Part shown: in pieces, positions 62,895 through 64,000 of the stretch | Numbering within the stretch: position 1 is the first letter of the stretch | Layout: the number at the start of each line of letters is the position of its first letter | Source: Octopus sinensis | Taxonomy: Eukaryota | Direction of reading: 5' to 3' | Length of the DNA: 64,000 nucleotides | Assembly: GCF_006345805.1 (NCBI RefSeq) | Contig: NC_043018.1 | Span: 25,978,001 to 26,042,000, forward strand | Notes under the pieces: model-generated | Databases searched by the model: none | Seen by the model: the letters and a program-made list of their open reading frames with translations, nothing else | Told to the model about the DNA's origin: nothing | Program-made: the position numbers and the translations under genes

Positions 62895-63085
62895 TATTTT
62901 TTTTCCTCTGTCTTCCCTTCTCGGGATCTTTCCTTCTCCTTTGTTTCCGACGAAGAGCTCAGCTTGAAACGTTAAACGTTCTTCCCTTCTTTCCTGAGCG
63001 TCCAATAATACTTTATTTGTTCCATGTCCTCGCGTTGGTGTGTTTTTTTTGTGTTTTCTTGTTTGGATTAACTATATATATATAT
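62895..63085 (+). mobile_element. Penelope-type terminal repeat, third variant
   Basis: ccgacgaagagctcagcttgaaacgtt motif followed by cctgagcgtccaataatac. Confidence 0.6.
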
Positions 63086-63909
63086 ATATTCTTTTTTCTT
63101 TTATTCTTTTATTTGTTTCAGTCATTTGACTGCGACCATGCTGGAGCACCACCTTTTAGTTGACTTATTCCTTTGGAAGCCTAGTACTTATTCTATCAGC
63201 CTCTCTTACTGAACCGCTAAGTTACAGGGATATAAACAACCCAGCATCGATTGTGAAGCAATGTTAGGGGGACAAACACAGACACACAAACATATACACA
63301 TACATACATACATACATACATATACATATATATATATATATAATATATATATATATATATACACATGATGGGCTTCTTTCCATTTCCATTTACCACATCC
63401 ACTCACAAGGCTTTGGTCAGCCTGAGGCTATAGTAGATGACACTTGCTGAAGGTGCCATGCAGTGGGACTGAACCTAGAACCATGTAGTTGGTAAGCAAG
63501 CTACTTACCACACAGCCACTCTTGTGCCTATATTGTTGTTGTTGTTTTTCCTTCTCAACCAATGCCTGGCTCATAAGGGCCGGTTTCCCGGTTTCATTGG
63601 CATATAGGTTCCCCACCTGGAAGGGACGCTGGTCCATCGCAGGTGAGCTTCTAGATGCAGGAGGAAAGAATGACAGAAAGTTGTGGCAAAAGAGTCAGCA
63701 GAAGTTTGCTATTACCTTTCTGCTGGAGCCATGTGGAGCTTAGGTGCTTCACTCATAAACAGCCACATAGCCTGGTCCAAGATTTGAACCTGCAATCCCT
63801 CAACTGCGAGTCCACTGCTGTAACCATTAGGCTATGTGCCTCCACCCTGTGCCTATATACATAGCTCCAAATTATTTTCTTGCAAACACAAAATTTTCGA
63901 AACTCTAAA

Positions 63910-64000
63910 CCAATGGTTCCCAACTTAGGGTCTGTAGACCCCTGATGGTGCGCAAAGGCAGTACTGAGGGTCCATGAACTAAATTAAAAATGTGTATAGA
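63910..64000 (+). mobile_element. hAT(Charlie)-like MITE start, cut by the window end
   Basis: caatggttcccaacttagggtctgtagacccct. Confidence 0.6.

Overview
AT-rich, repeat-saturated animal genomic DNA. The repeat families look like those I recall from octopus (coleoid cephalopod) genomes; this is an inference, not a database result. I cannot confidently call any cellular protein-coding gene, and the window reads as intronic or intergenic. Most ORF-track entries are repeat or microsatellite artefacts. Real protein similarity is limited to transposon relics: Tc1/mariner transposases and CR1, L2/CR1-like, RTE and R4/Dong-type ORF2 fragments. Non-coding content includes several tRNA-derived SINE families (my working labels A, B, D, E, plus headless retroposon families C, H, I), a 5S rRNA pseudogene, hAT and TTAA MITEs, Helitron/Helentron-like elements, Penelope-type terminal repeats with hammerhead-like motifs, a candidate solo LTR, minisatellites and fold-backs. 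The most notable observations are: (1) SINE-B arrays with a consistent polarity that suggests the SINE inserts into its own head; (2) a SINE flanked by a 247-bp direct duplication; (3) long fold-backs whose transition mismatches are nearly all G:U on the + strand; (4) weak candidate + strand exons at 40256-40399 and 42449-42493 in TE-free islands. All alignments and counts were done by eye; repeat boundaries are approximate unless a TSD or TIR is quoted.
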